64,000 nt of DNA from Phoronis australis. Its lineage: Eukaryota; Animalia; Phoronida. This document shows, piece after piece, positions 33,621-47,652 of this stretch (position 1 is the first letter of the stretch; every line of letters starts with the position of its first letter). Position numbers and translations under genes: made by a program. The notes under the pieces are model-generated. The model had not been told where the DNA came from. It saw only the letters and a list, made by a program, of their open reading frames with translations, and searched no databases. The stretch lies in assembly GCA_002633005.1 (NCBI GenBank), contig NMRA01000025.1, positions 385,450-449,449 of the forward strand, read 5' to 3'.

Positions 33621-36600
33621 GTATTGCACTTTATACAATAAGGCCCTACTCAGTTTATGTTGCAGCGCTCGATGCGGCCTCAGATTGTGTTTGGGGACTT
33701 GGGAAGTTTCAAGTCTTCACGAAATCGCCACTGCGAGTATTAAAGTCAGACAATAATTCCCTCCAAATTCATTTGTTAAAGTTCGTGTTGACTTTCAAAC
33801 TTTAAATTACCATCAGTCTTCTTAGATTACGTGTACCTTCGATTCAATATGGTTCCGTTTATTTTGCGAAATCAGTGCATTTGCCACCACAGCAGTCAGC
33901 ACACATGAAACGCGCTTACACGCAAATTACAACAGGATATCGGAATTGTTCGGCAAAGATTGTGTAAGATCGGTGAAATTCGCGCCACCAGTGCGTGCAA
34001 CCTTTTGCGTCCTATAGCCTACGCCTAATTCATACAGACAAGAAGCGCGCTCCAAAACTAGGCTCACTACGATTGGTCCGTTAAATAGCTAATCGGCATA
34101 GCTGTATCGGTCCTATTCTACTCTCAAAAATACTGAAGATCACGCAAAATTCCCCCACGATGCTTAAAAATTCTCCTAACGTGATTGAAATCTTCCACTG
34201 GAAGTTAAAATCACCTGTAACCACACAAGTGACAATTTGAAAGAGCACAGAATGGTACTTGAGACAAAGCCTATGATGGTGATCGCGGGGGGTAGAATTT
34301 CCCCCAACTCAGCGAAAAATTCCTCTCTCAGAAGGCACATTGTCACGTGGCGTATATCTTGCCGGTAGGCGGTTGAAATAACACAATTTGATTTGGATGT
34401 AATAATGAGTATATTGACTAAATGTTTGAATTTCCCTAAATGAATGATCATAAAGATTAATAAAGAAGCCTAATTTATTCAGTCTGTGATCACGTTTCCC
34501 ATTCCTGGCGTCGGCCTTGGATCCAGTGTTATACTTGTTATGAGGAGTTTCCTCTTCTCTTGATCATTCGATCCAGTCTTCCAAGCAGTCTTCACTTGAT
34601 GAAATGCTTCGGAATAACCATGAAGTTCAGTCCATCGAACAACATATATGTTAACATTGAATTCAGTCCATCGAATCCTAGATACAATGTACCCTCTTTG
34701 AAATTCAGTCCATCGAATTTCTGCTACACGTATCGGATTGAAATTCAGTCCATCGAATTTCTACAGCTTGTGATATTTCTCAGCAAACCAGTAGCATCTT
34801 TTCAGGAATATCTGCGATATCTCTCTAGCAAGAAATATCTAATACATCTATACCAATCTGGTTGCCTCTCGTTGGAAATATGTCTTCTTGAAAAGCTAAC
34901 GGTATACTTATACTCAAACAGAATAAAGGTGGGCGGGTTAGATCAAAACATAAAACCCACCAACTTCCTCTAAATGTACTCATAGTTCCAAAACAACTTC
35001 CCAGAACAACATCATAAGATTCCACATATGAACCTAAGCTTTCGCCAAATATGGTCACGGACAGACAAATCTTTAAGTAATTTCTGCTGAATAATAACAA
35101 GACTATTGTTGTTGTCAGAACTGGCTAACCCCACAGTTGACCAATTCCGGTGAATTGAAAGTTACATAATTCTGCTAGCAGAGCATAAACACATGGTTAG
35201 AGACAAATATGCTGATTCATTTCCTATGCACTCATAGGATGCAAAAAATTTCAGTAAACAACTAATACCCTTAATTAATTACACAACAACCACTATATAC
35301 TTAATTAATACTTATACTTCTCATGTTATATTATTCTCATGTACATAGTCAACCCAAGTTCTAATGTGTTTGTATCATACTTTAATGATAAATAAATGAC
35401 ATGTTCATCCTACATAAAATCTCCCCGTAACACATATGCACCCGGCTTTCCGGCTTTTTCTTCGGGTGAACGAGGCCCATGAAGAAACATAATAACTACA
35501 GTGTATGCTTGCTCTGTCCAGTTAACTGAAATTGAGCTCTAAAACGATTTTTCAGGTTATGTTTATTTTAAAATTCAACTTGACCAAGATTGATATTTGA
35601 AACCCCAACACATGAAATAGGTGTAAGAATTATTAAAACCAAGAAAGCAGAATTGATGGTGAAATAATCTTTAGTTTCAATTACAAATCTGTTCTTTAAT
35701 TAAACTATATTTAATAACATCAATCATTCTCGCAGATCAATAACAAATCAATTGTTAGTCCCGGTAGTCCTTACCTTACTACCAGGACCTAGGCTGCTGG
35801 ACGTTAATATTCTTGATCAACAAATTAAACCAGACGTGACTTGCACGTGACAGCAAAATGCAATGAGCCACCACTGTCAAATATTTCTTCAACTGGTCAA
35901 AAATACGACCAGATGACCTGGTTCGTGTAGAAAGCATTTTTATCAACAATTTACAAGACGAAATGTAACTTTGCATTCAGCATATAGGCCTACCTAATCC
36001 GTATCACGATCGCGGCAATCTGGTAATATTTACTTTTCATGTTTCGAACCCAGTTTACCGAAAAACCTATACCCAGGTTGGACTCGAAAGATCAGCCATT
36101 TAACTCACGCAATGTCATCTTCCAATATGTTTATCGCAGTGAGCCTCGCTTTGGGTTTTAATGTCCGCCGCGTGAATGGGGCTATTCGGAAAATCTACAA
36201 TAACTAGAGGGCGCGCGTGTACTAGTGGTGATGGATTAACAGCCTCGATTTTGTGAGCCCTTTAAATACATGGTGAAATGGCTTGCAGCCGTGCCAACTG
36301 AATCTGAGATTGCGTGAAAAGGGTGCTTCTATGAGAGGAAGTAAGCACGACCTTATACAAAGGTAAGGTTTGTGATTATTTTAACGATTATTCCATGCTT
36401 ATTCTACCGATGCCTGTTAACTGAGGTACTCGCCGATGTCGACTTCGCGGCAGTCGCCAGTCGTGTTAATCTTTGTTTGTTGTATGTGATACGATATTTG
36501 ACGTAGCGATCGGGATCTTTTCGTACTTCAAAGCATTATTATTGTTTGGAATGATTTCTAACATTTTATCAGTGACAGTTACATCAATCAATGCTGAATG

Positions 36601-39600
36601 TTCATGCTGTCAACTCGATACAGGTTAATGAGTTAAGATTACAATCCAAGCCCAATGGCAAAGCGGGGTACATAACAAATATCCATTGCATTAGACTATT
36701 TGTTTACTCCCTATCTTATGTCTTCTGGAAATCTATTACACGTTGAAATGGAAATCTATCACGTCTGTTTTCACGTAACCTTTGGTTTTTAGGTTTGAGG
36801 GCTTTTACCGTGCAGAGGAGATATGCATCGCTTCTGCACCGTCCCTGAATGGACAAAAATTGGTTTTTAGCATTTGACTGCAGCTAACCAACAAGATCTT
36901 CCCATCCAGTGCAGATCTTTTTTCAAAGCCTACTTTCAATATTGGAGGCAACGAACAAAGCCTTTGAAAAGGAACAGTTATTTTTAAAGAAAGGTATGTA
37001 AGTCATTTTGTTAATCTTCTTACTTGTATTCAGGTCCTTAGCGGGGGATTGACATGGGGGGTTGGGGTTGAAATATTTGGTACAACTGAATGTGTGGAAA
37101 TAACAGGTAATGCATGTTTGAGGAAAAGAGCATGGTGAGGTAATTCTTATCCTTCATGAAGCCCCTTCAAGTTGATTTCTTGAAACTGTTTTGCTTCTTG
37201 TATCAATTGTAAACCCATGAAAATATATTACATTTTCTGAATTCACAGTGACTGAATAGTCTTAACTCATGCCTTGAAATGTTGCAAGCTGTTATAAATT
37301 CAAATGACTACCTTTTTGTGAAAGTTGCATTTTTGATGGTGCCTTACGATTTGTAATTACTCTTAAACAACAGAAAGATTAATCATCATTTTTAAATGAC
37401 CCAAGTCTTCATATCTTCTATTAGAAGAAAAATTAAAAGTCTGAGAAACGGTTCCCTCAACCTTAGACTAGAAGTATTCGTGACAGACCCATGAACCTGT
37501 GATCGCAGTTTAAAATTGCTGAAAGTATCAAAATTCAAAAGGCTTGAAAATGGGTAACAAAGGTTTGAAGTTGTCTCAAAAAGCTTGTATATTTTGCAGA
37601 CAAGTGATGCGTTCAAAAATTGTTATGGCTACGAATCAAAAATAAAGACAAAGTTTTATGCAATGCTTATTATAAACACCCTTGGTTTCTGAAAATAGTA
37701 ATTATGTAATTTTATGTGAAACTGTAGAGCAATCACCATATATTTTTGAACAACAGGAATAACGTTTTTGACCCAATCTGGAGTACTTAATTATTCACAT
37801 TTCAATATTTGTTCCAGGTTCAGTGACATTTTAAAGCCCCTTCAAGCTGTATCATAGACAAGCTTTGTTACTCCCTTCTCTTCCCACAGCACTTCCACAC
37901 ACCAGCAGTGCTGCATGGCACAATGTACAAGTCAGTGGCCCTGGAGAAATGTGAATCGCAGTACTAAGTTACCATAAGTCAATGTGCCAGTGGACTGTCT
38001 GTGTATTCAGACGAACTATATCTGACTGCTACACAAGTAAGCCTTGTTGGTGAGGATGCCCTTTCATAGGCAATAAGTCATGTTTGGACAATAACTTATT
38101 TCCTTTCCTGGAAGAAACATGAGGGACTGAAGCTAAAGAAGACCTAGTGACACTCTGGTCTACTTCAAGGGTCTGATTTTGGGCTCAATACGATTCAAGT
38201 GATATGCTGCTGTGTTTACCTTCAAGGGTCTAATTGTGGATGTTATTGAGGCTGAATGAGGTTACATGAAAGAAAACCACGTGTCGAAACTGGACCCTTT
38301 TTTACAAGCACTTCTATAGGCCATTGAAATTAGATACCAGTGAAATGAAAGCCAAAAGCTGAGTGACATTAAATTTTCCTTTCAGAAGAAAGGCTTTATA
38401 CTATTGGTAAAAACTTTTCAATTTGGTACATATTATGCGGAAATGACATTCAGTGACTGCATCGATTGTCTTATTGTATGTTTTCAATTGTATCTAGCTG
38501 GATAAGAATCTGCTATGCACAAGATTCGAGAATATACAATTATCAGTGTATTTAAAAACAAATGGCAAACTGAAAAAGCACAGAAAGAAACAACATTGCG
38601 AGGGAGTCCATAATCAGGCATATCAAGTGCTAATTTCTGAATGATGTTCAATTCTCTCAGGTTATTGTTGAAGGATTGCTTTTCACTTTGTCCAAAGGTA
38701 AAATAGATAGTCGAGCGGTTGGTTTCAGTTGTTTTCGTTCACCTGTAACAGAATAGTCGGAGAAATATTAGCAAATTGTAAAGGAAAAGACAAGACAAAA
38801 CTACTTTTGTAAGGCAGAACATACTTGACGTTTCATCTTCATGTTTATGTGTAGAAACTAATAACCTTTGTACCTAAGTCTTATTTTATATCTGAATTAA
38901 AATATGTGAAACAGGCTAAATTGAGTTAACAATGTGTATTTTTCATGACACTTAAAATGTGCTTCTGATCTCAACAAGTAAAATTCATTCTAGGTGTCAA
39001 TTTTTCATCCCATACAATGTTACGACATTTACTGAATTAAGGCTTATTCATGTTGATTCGATAACTGATCTGGTAGTCCTGGGGGTGGAGTCCGCGATAA
39101 AATAAGGAAACACACATCTAGAGAATTTTATTGGAAACAGCATAGTTTTGAAGAGAAACTGCTGTGAAAAAGTCACCCTTGACTTCTGTGCATCACGTAC
39201 CATACACCTCTTATTTTGGGATAGGCAATGACCATCGCCTCTGTTGGCCCGAACCAGACCAACAGAGGCGATAGTCATTGCCTCATTTTGGGAGCACTCC
39301 CACACAGGACAATATGAATATGTGCTGCTAGCCTACCCGGCATCGGGTGAGTTTCCTAAAAGAAATACTAGTTCCACTCAATAAACCTGTTATTCAGTGG
39401 GGTAACTGGTGGGGATAACATCACCGAACGATGTTGATAGAAACTTGATTGCTAAAAACTTACCAAGTAATGTTGTGTAGTCTCCGAATGGAACTGCATA
39501 GTCATAGAGCACACGCGGGGCTTCAGCATTCACACACTTTTTGTCACTTAGTTGACCCTTTTGACCGCAATTGTCCACGAATATAGTAACCTTAGGTCTT

Positions 39601-40100
39601 TTGGGAAATTGTGGCCACCTGTCGAAGACTTGCACCACGGAAATTAGCAGTAATGAGGCTTAGCGCGACGACGTATTTTGATAACAATTCCATCTTTTAC
39701 CAGTTGTTTACATGCAGACGGCCACGCATGCGCAATTCAATCACCACTAGTACAGCAGCGAAACCGCGAGGTGAATTTTCCGAATAGCCCCATTAGAAGT
39801 ATGCTCGTTTGGCGACGGGAGGAATAGAGTTATATAATGAATGCACATATTCACGGGGAGAAACCAGATAGATACGCGAGTTTGGTTACGACTTTTTTTC
39901 AATCGACGATTTCTACGGTGGTTCGGCAAGCTCTTTCCATGCGCGCACCCAGCCTTCAATATGGGGGGCTCGAATTAATGACGTCGTGGACCTTTTGCTA
40001 ACGAAAGAGCGGGTGGACTAAAAAAAAACCGGAGCACCACTGTGAAGTGCGCGTTTGCGATTATTTAGTCCCATTTTCTTGGACTTTCTGTCCCTCAGGG

Positions 40101-40101
40101 N
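40101..40101. other. Assembly gap or ambiguous base (n)
   Basis: Single n in the sequence. Confidence 0.95.
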
Positions 40102-40335
40102 ATCATTCATACAAGTACTTACATGTACCTTTCACTCCGAGGCTCTTTTCAGTTCAAAGTAGATCAAAGATGTCCATTCTGAGGCTGCCTTGCGCAAAAC
40201 GATGTCATTAATCTAGCTTACATTGTGGGGTAAACATGGTCACCGTGAGCCAATCCACACGTGATTTTTGATTAAGAATATATGTGAACACGACCAAAAA
40301 TGTCGTTATAAGGGCTACGCGGCGAATTTTTTTTC

Positions 40336-40688
40336 TGTCGGAAAATGTGGTTAGTCACACCCTTCTTTCTTCATCCCCAATTCACCTGTAGAAAATGTGA
40401 TTAATCATATCCCTCTATCATCATCCCCAATTTACCTGTGGAAAATGTGGTTAGTCACATCCCTCTTTCGTCATCCCCAATTTACCTGTGGAAAATGTGG
40501 TTAGTCATATCTCTCTATCATCATCCCCAATTTACCTGTGGAAAATGTGGTTAGTCATATCTCTCTATCATCTTCCCCAATTTACCTGTGGAAAATATGG
40601 TTAGTCATATCTCTCTATGATCATCATGCCCAATTTACCTGTGGAAAATGTGGTTAGTTACATCCCTCTTTCTTCATCCCCAATTCAC
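40336..40688 (+). repeat. 50-bp tandem repeat, about 7 copies
   Basis: gaaaat(g/a)tg recurs at 40341, 40391, 40441, 40491, 40541, 40591 and about 40645. Confidence 0.92.
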
Positions 40689-40729
40689 TTAACATAAGCG
40701 TAGTAAGTGACTGTATATATTACTTTTAG

Positions 40730-41353
40730 CTTACAAGCTGACGCAAATTACACGTTCATCGACGGCTGTATGGCCTTGTACTTAGATGGCAGCGGAGACT
40801 GCGCCGACGTGTCCCCGGTACCCAACATTTTCTCTCGCAGCTACACGTTAGGAGCATCTATTCGACTGGCAGCAATTGACACGGATAATGCAATACTTCA
40901 AGACTGGTCGAGCCCTCGCCAATTTCGGTTGTATGTCAACTCTGCAAACAAGGTCGTAGTGCAGATAAAAAAGAACGATGCACCTGATGAGAATTTGCTG
41001 AACGTTTCATCTTCTGGGGTGGTCACAGCCAACAAATGGTATGACATCGCCTTCTCTAGAAATGTTGACACCGGAGCCTACGCCCTTTACGTAAACTCTC
41101 TTCAAGTAGCAAATGGATCTGTGACGAGTAAGGAAACTCAGAAGGCAAACAATCATTCATCATGGGAGATCGGCTACAATAAAAGGCAAATGGGGCACTT
41201 TTTACATGGCTATATCCGCAACGTCTTCGTAAACTACGGTGTTTTGTCACTGCCAGAAATTAAAGCCATTCTACCACCGCCCCCACTTAAACCGACGACG
41301 ATGTTCCTCAAACTGGATGGAAACAACCCGGTTAATGCGCAATACCCTATCAA
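40730..41353 (+). CDS. PAN-LamG gene, exon 3 (LamG/ConA-like domain 1)
   Basis: ttttag acceptor, gtaagt donor, 624 nt, phase 2-2. ALYLDG...WYDIAF...LYVN...IG...GYIRNV motifs. Confidence 0.88.
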
Positions 41354-41662
41354 GTAAGTGGTGTTCGAACGTAATCACTGTAAATTAATGCACTTTGGCA
41401 TAAGTTTGAATTTGATTATTGTTGCTTTAGTGACTGCGTGACTCATCAGATTTGAACTTCACCTGAGTGAAACGATGACATGTTCTAGTGTCGATCAAAA
41501 TTCTAGGACTGGTATTTCAACTGTTTTATTAGAAAAACAACATTTGTAAAGTATCGTCTGTCTAGGTTGATACGTGTGTACGTACATACGTTCTGATAGC
41601 TATGTTCGTACGAGTCCCCGGCGTAATATACGGATGTCACCACGGCCTGATACAACATGTCC

Positions 41663-42970
41663 TTTATTACTCTGCGCGTGTAAGCGCAGAGTACTGTTGT
41701 TAATGGGTTTTCTTCAATTTTATTGTTATTACTCTGCGCGTGTAAGCGCAGAGTACTGTTGTTCCTGGGTTTTCTTCAACTTTATTCTTATTCTTATTCT
41801 TATTCTTATTCTTATTCCGACCAACTTTGAGGCTTAATAACTCCAAATTGGGTGCAGGTGCGGTCTTTAAATTCAGCATATGACTTTTGACAGTATATAA
41901 ATTTTAATCATATTCCATATTGCACCGGAAGAGGTCGTTTGGTGCAAAGGTCATATAATTTTCAAAATGCTACTCCTCCTTCAATTTTGAAGCTATCTTA
42001 TTCAAATTCGGTGCACAGGTATAAGTCAACATGACAATTTAAAAAATTACTTTTCTAAGTAATCGGGTCATCCAATCAGGTGAAGTAGGTCAAAGGTCAT
42101 TAGGTGCAAACTAAAATTTTGGGCTAGGCCCTTCAAATTGACAAGTCTGATTGCCACACATAAAAAAATCGGAATCCAAAGTTTCAGGTCATTTAGTGCA
42201 AACATGGGGTCATAAGGTGCATTTTTCTTCTGAAAATTTGATCTTTTCAATCAGCAAGTATTCTGATGTGTCAACTGTTAGACAACTGTGATTCTCAGCG
42301 TTAAAAACATTTTTCATGGGCTTTGCAATAATTCTCCTAAAGATGCTTAAATGCACCGGATAAGGTCAATTAGTGCAAAGGTCATGTAACGTTCAAAATG
42401 TTATATCTCTTACGTTTTTCAAGGAATTCTTTTCAATTTCATCACACTGGTGTTAGTCAACATGCCAATTGAATACCCTACTTTACTTCGCAATAGGCCT
42501 AACCAATCAGAAAAAATAGGTCAAAGGTCATTGAGTACAAACTAAAATTTTGAGCTAGAGACTTCAGAATTACGTATCTGTTTACTAAGTGCAATTGAGT
42601 TTGAATTCTAAATTTTCAGGTCATTTGGTGCACCCATGGGGTCATTAGGTGCATTTTTCTTCTGAAAGTTTGACCACTTCATTCATCTTGTATTCTGAAG
42701 TGCTTAAAGTAAAACATCTGTGATTATTAGCATTTACCACACTTTTAATCGAGTTAACAATTACTCCCTAATTGGGGCCTATAATGCACCGGAAGAGGTC
42801 AATTAGTGGAAAGGTCATCAAAAAAGTAATATGTAATTTCTCCTACAATTTTAAAGAATTCCTTTTCATATTGGTAAACGGGTTGCTTTCAGTAACTTCC
42901 CTTAATAATTCCAGTAATACGCACGCGCAGAGTCCGTTATTGTCACGCCGTGACAATAATCTTTCTAGTT
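41663..42970 (+). mobile_element. HINE (Helentron-associated) element, family B
   Basis: 5' subTIR actctgcgcgtg (present twice), (TTATTC)n, ~432-bp internal repeats (tgcaccgga at 41921, 42352, 42785), 3' subTIR cacgcgcagagt at 42922, hairpin ttattgtcac-gcc-gtgacaataa, ends ctagtt. Confidence 0.82.
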
Positions 42971-43499
42971 AAACATTGCAACCTCACGGATCTATAGCAA
43001 ATGTGTTGTACATGTACCTTTAAGTGTCTGGCCTTCGCTTAGTTGCTGAGTCCGGGGACATGTTCAGTAACAATGATATCTCGATCGCCAAACTCGCATT
43101 ATATTCATCTTATTGAACGCTCCTCAGTTTAAATCAACGGTCACATTCCGAAATACTATGTGTTCCGTCGCTCTGGTAATTATCCCCAATGCTGTGCATC
43201 CCTTTGACACCTGTTGTCATACTCACCACTATTTACCTTTCTATGTATAATGCTTACAAAGTTTTGCTCAGGTGATGGATGAACCGCAGGCTCTGCACCA
43301 CCTAGAGACCATTCATACTATTTTCGAGTCTGTTTTTGGCACCTGTCTCCCTATCGGCCAAACATTGGCACTTTGTATGTTCCTGCTGTGAAAATGAAAG
43401 AGCATTTCTTTGATGGTGATAACAAATAAAAAGGACTTTCAGACAGTTAGGACCACTTGTCTCCCTGAGGCAAATATGTTCAGTTTTACTAATGAGTCA

Positions 43500-43900
43500 A
43501 TGACACCCTCCTGTTTTAATGGATTTGAAGCAATGTACTCCACCTAGTGGCCATTCTTATTGTTTTTGAGTTTTTTATTTTGCATTCACATCTCTATCGG
43601 TTACATCTCTTTGAGGATTATGAAAATTGGTATATGTGCATGGCTGACAATGGTTTTTGATGACTTCGACTACTGTAGCACCCCCTAGTGGCATTTTTTT
43701 TCTCAAATGCAGTTGTTTCTCCTAAACCCCTGCAGTATCTGTGTGTACTTCTTCTAGGAACGTGACGATGGATGGTGGCGACTTTCCGTCGTATTTGACT
43801 TAATGACCGCTTTTCTCAATATGTTGGGAGTTTCTAAAGAGATTTTCCTGGAATTTGAGGTTATCTGGTGATTTCAAGTCGGCAAATTGCTTGAGTGCAA
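43500..43900 (+). mobile_element. HINE family A fragment
   Basis: ccacctagtggcc near 43540 and cccctagtggca near 43682, with the family's gaaaattgg and gacttcgactactgt context. Confidence 0.55.
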
Positions 43901-44285
43901 ACCAGTACGATGAGTTAATCTACTTAATGTTAATTAACTTTATATTTAATTAACTTTCTATTTATTCGGTTTGCTTAGCCAGAAAACTAAGTAAGCGAAC
44001 GGACGAACCTCCATCAAACACAAAAGAAAATGTTGGATACTTGCTCAGTGTACATACTTAGCTGCTTTGTTGCACGATAGTGTATGAGAATTTACCAATT
44101 ACGCTGCCCATAAACCAGAAGGTTTGAGTGATTTCGGAAACTCGGCGACATGACCAACTGGAATGCTTAATAAAACCTGGGCCCAACAAACGAAGGCTGT
44201 CTCCGACATATTATGATCAATCGTCTGTTGGCGAACAAACAATGGTAAATTGTAGCACCCAAGATTAAAAACCTGTGTTGTCTAG

Positions 44286-44906
44286 TTTACAGGGCAATAC
44301 TTCATATGCCTTCATTGATGGTTGCACAGCGCTGTATATGGACGGGAGTGGTGACTTTGCTGATGTTTTCGCGGTACCCACAATATCATCCCAAAGCTAC
44401 ACAATGGGTGTGTCAGTACGACTGACAAAGAAAAACATTGGTCAATCGCTTTTTCAGGACTGGAGTGATACCCTACGTCACTTCCGGCTGTTTATTTCCA
44501 GTAACAATAGAGTTGTGATGCAAATCCAGAAAAAACATGATGTAAGATTGCTGTATGTTGCGTCATCTAAGAAAGTGAGAATCAACAAATGGTCCGACAT
44601 TGCCTTTACAAGAAATTTTGATGACGGGAACTTTGCCTTGTACTTAAATTCGGTGCTAGTGGGGAATGGAACATCGGGAGCGATGAAGAGTCACGTGCCA
44701 AACAACCATACGTCGTGGCAGATTGGTTACAAAAAACTTCCCATGGAGAGTTTCTTACATGGTTACATCCGTAATGTCTTTGTTACTTACGGGGTTTTGT
44801 CAGTGCCGGAAATCCGGGACTTAATGCAACCACCTCCGGTCAAATCGACGACAATGTTCCTGAAACTGGACGGCACAGAACCTGAGCACGCACAATATTC
44901 CATCGA
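44286..44906 (+). CDS. PAN-LamG gene, exon 4 (LamG-like domain 2; tandem duplicate of exon 3)
   Basis: tctag acceptor, gtaagt donor, 621 nt, phase 2-2. Collinear with exon 3. Confidence 0.88.
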
Positions 44907-46374
44907 GTAAGTAGACACAGACAGAGGTGATAGAAAGCATGTTTTCCGCAAAATGGACAAAAGTTTCACATTTTTCCGTGAAATCGTCACTTTATCGTAA
45001 ACTTCGAAAAATAGCTTTCAAGAGAACAAAACTAGCTCGACGAATTTCACTAAATTGTTAAAACACAGTTTTTGCGAAAGTGAAAGAAAAAATCTCGTAA
45101 AACGAGTGTGAAAATCTCAAGTCGCAGTAAAGTTTACTTAGGTTCTAATTTGTAACCACGTCATCTTTGGCTGAGTTATAACAAAATGTTTAATTTACTC
45201 CCCAGGTATTTGTTTTTATTTTGAAAAAAATAATCGAGGATAATTTCCACTTTCAAATGGTTTTGTTTTGAATAACAAAGTGGTCGCGTGCATTAATCAA
45301 CGTTCAAATGTTTCTTTTGAAACACTTTGATCTGACATTACTCCGCTCTATCTATTGGTGTGAAACATAGGGTTGGTAAAGAAATGGAAGAATGTGTTTA
45401 ACTATAAAACTCAAATTCGAAACTGCACAAGTCGGATACCACAACAAAGATGCGTCGGCTCCGTTTTGCATATACTTGCGTTGTGCAGTATTCACATGTA
45501 ACTACTTACAATGTGTTCTGGGCAGGGGCATGTTTTATTAAAATTCGTAAATTAACGGCACGTTACGACGTTTTTACAGAGTACAAATGGAGTCGTGTGC
45601 CAAAGCTTACAACTGGTCGAAAGACTCTGTTTAAATTTTGTGCAAAATGTCGTGAACTTATGACACTTAGTGAGTCAATTCTCATTTCGTCAGCTGCTCA
45701 TACAGTGCAGGTCCACCTGCACGTGTAGTTCCCACGCAGTCCAAGGCAGTAAAGATACGACATGATCTTGTCAATTTCCCAAAATTTCTTTAAACCTGCA
45801 CGCCCATATGCTGCCGTAGCAGTAATTCCAAATTTTCATTATTTTTCTAAAATGAAAAATTTCAACAAAATCTCGAAAAAACAAACCCAAGTTTATTACC
45901 ATTTCTACTGTTTATAATCACCTCGATAAAAGGTTTGATGATTGTACCGGCACCATCAGCAAGCCACTCCCAACTTCACTGTGATTCACCATGTCAAGGG
46001 ATGCCAATGAAACGGAACAGTGAGCTTTCATGCATGAGTTTACAAAAAAATGATGATCTGTTAGTCTCAGTTGCGAGATCTCGACTCACCCTATGCCTGT
46101 TGAACGGGCAGTTTTACCACAGTTGATGATGTGGTCAGAATAATTTTAAGCATACTGTTCTGTGTGCCTTATCGTGGCCCCACCTGCACAATGACAAAGT
46201 TTTGCGATATTAAGGTACGCTGTGAAAATCGTGTTTTTTCAAGAAATGACAATCAGCTATGTTCAAAGCTCCCTTACTGTTACTAACTTGTCTCTAGGCA
46301 GAGTTGTTCTTGTGCATTTTAAAGTTTCGCTGAGGGCGCATTCGGTATAGTTATCTGGCTTGTAATCTATTTAG

Positions 46375-46625
46375 ATGGATCGGCAGAAGTTCTATAATCG
46401 CCCACGATGGTAAAAAAGTGGCGACTTTCGACGGTGTCAATGATACTCTGAAAGTAACGAACAACATACAGGTTACAGAATCAAGCTTTACTATGGGTAT
46501 CGTCGTCTATATGATAGGCAACATGCAGAAAGACCGCATTCTTCTGGCAGACGCTGAAGTAATTGCAACCAGTATTAATACAGACAATAAGTTCTGTGTG
46601 AAACTTCGTTCGTCGTCTGGCGACT
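46375..46625 (+). CDS. PAN-LamG gene, exon 5 (first half of LamG-like domain 3)
   Basis: atttag acceptor, gtaagt donor, 251 nt, phase 2-1. VATFDGVND...SFTMG motif. Confidence 0.82.
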
Positions 46626-47652
46626 GTAAGTAAAATGAACTGAAGATGTACGTTATGTAGACAAATGAAACTCACGGTCACGCGAAGTATTATCAACCAT
46701 TACAAGCAAAGCGCGATTAGTTTTTCACGCGAGTTCCTTGGGACTACGAAAAAGCCCTGCTTTGCGATAAATTATGTAGTGATATTCTCCCGTGTGATTC
46801 GAAGCACAACCAAGCACCACTCCATCACCCCTACCTATTTTCACCTCCACGCCCACCCTCACCAGCACGTTTAGGAATAACGCTGGCATGAAAACCACGA
46901 AAGTGAACCAGGTTCTCACTATCACCGTCATTATCTCTTAAACGGCAACTGCCACTGCATGTGCAATCTTCACCACCGCTAACCCGAATGTGGTGCTATA
47001 AACTTTTGCTGCAAATCGAGGCTGTGCGATTTGAGAACGAAGGGTCAGTGTCTTGTTCCGTGTTTGCAGACACCTTCTAAGGGGCAATTTACTGCTGTAA
47101 AGATGTTGAATTCTTAAACAAAGCACTTGGGAGTTTTAAATTCTAAAAAGCGCTTCCGTTCATGAATTGTTGCCGAATGAAAAGACAAAGAGTACATGCA
47201 ACCAAATAAAGTCTGAAGCGCTTTCTTGAGTCAGTAATGGTTTCAATAATCTGGTTGGTAACATTAGGGAATAGCTTGAGACCCGCTTAATGAAGGGAAA
47301 CATCTTCATTCGACTGTCGTTTTTCTCCAGCTAAACGGGGCGCAATGCAGCTTTAATTATCTGAACTTATGTATGAAAATATAACGCCGCGTCATTTTAC
47401 AAGCGCGTCATGCGGCATAAAATTTGAATTCATACATCTCTTTTCACGGGAGTCATAACTTTTTCATGAGTTCTTGGATGGCTTTCGTTGGTAACAACTT
47501 ACGGCAAACCCACATGTATCTTCAAGACTCAAAAGATAAGTCGAGCGCCCCCTAGGTCATCTCTAGGCATTTATTTACATTTCACGAAAAACGTCGCTCT
47601 AGTCGGCTAGTGTTGGCTTACGTAGTAAATGATCTATGTGTTTTGTTTGTAG

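Noticed and set aside
34560-34973. 137-aa ORF with repeated KFSPSN
   Set aside because: Explained by four copies of the DNA motif a(a/g)ttcagtccatcgaa. No ATG context or splice support; probably a repeat's subterminal motif.
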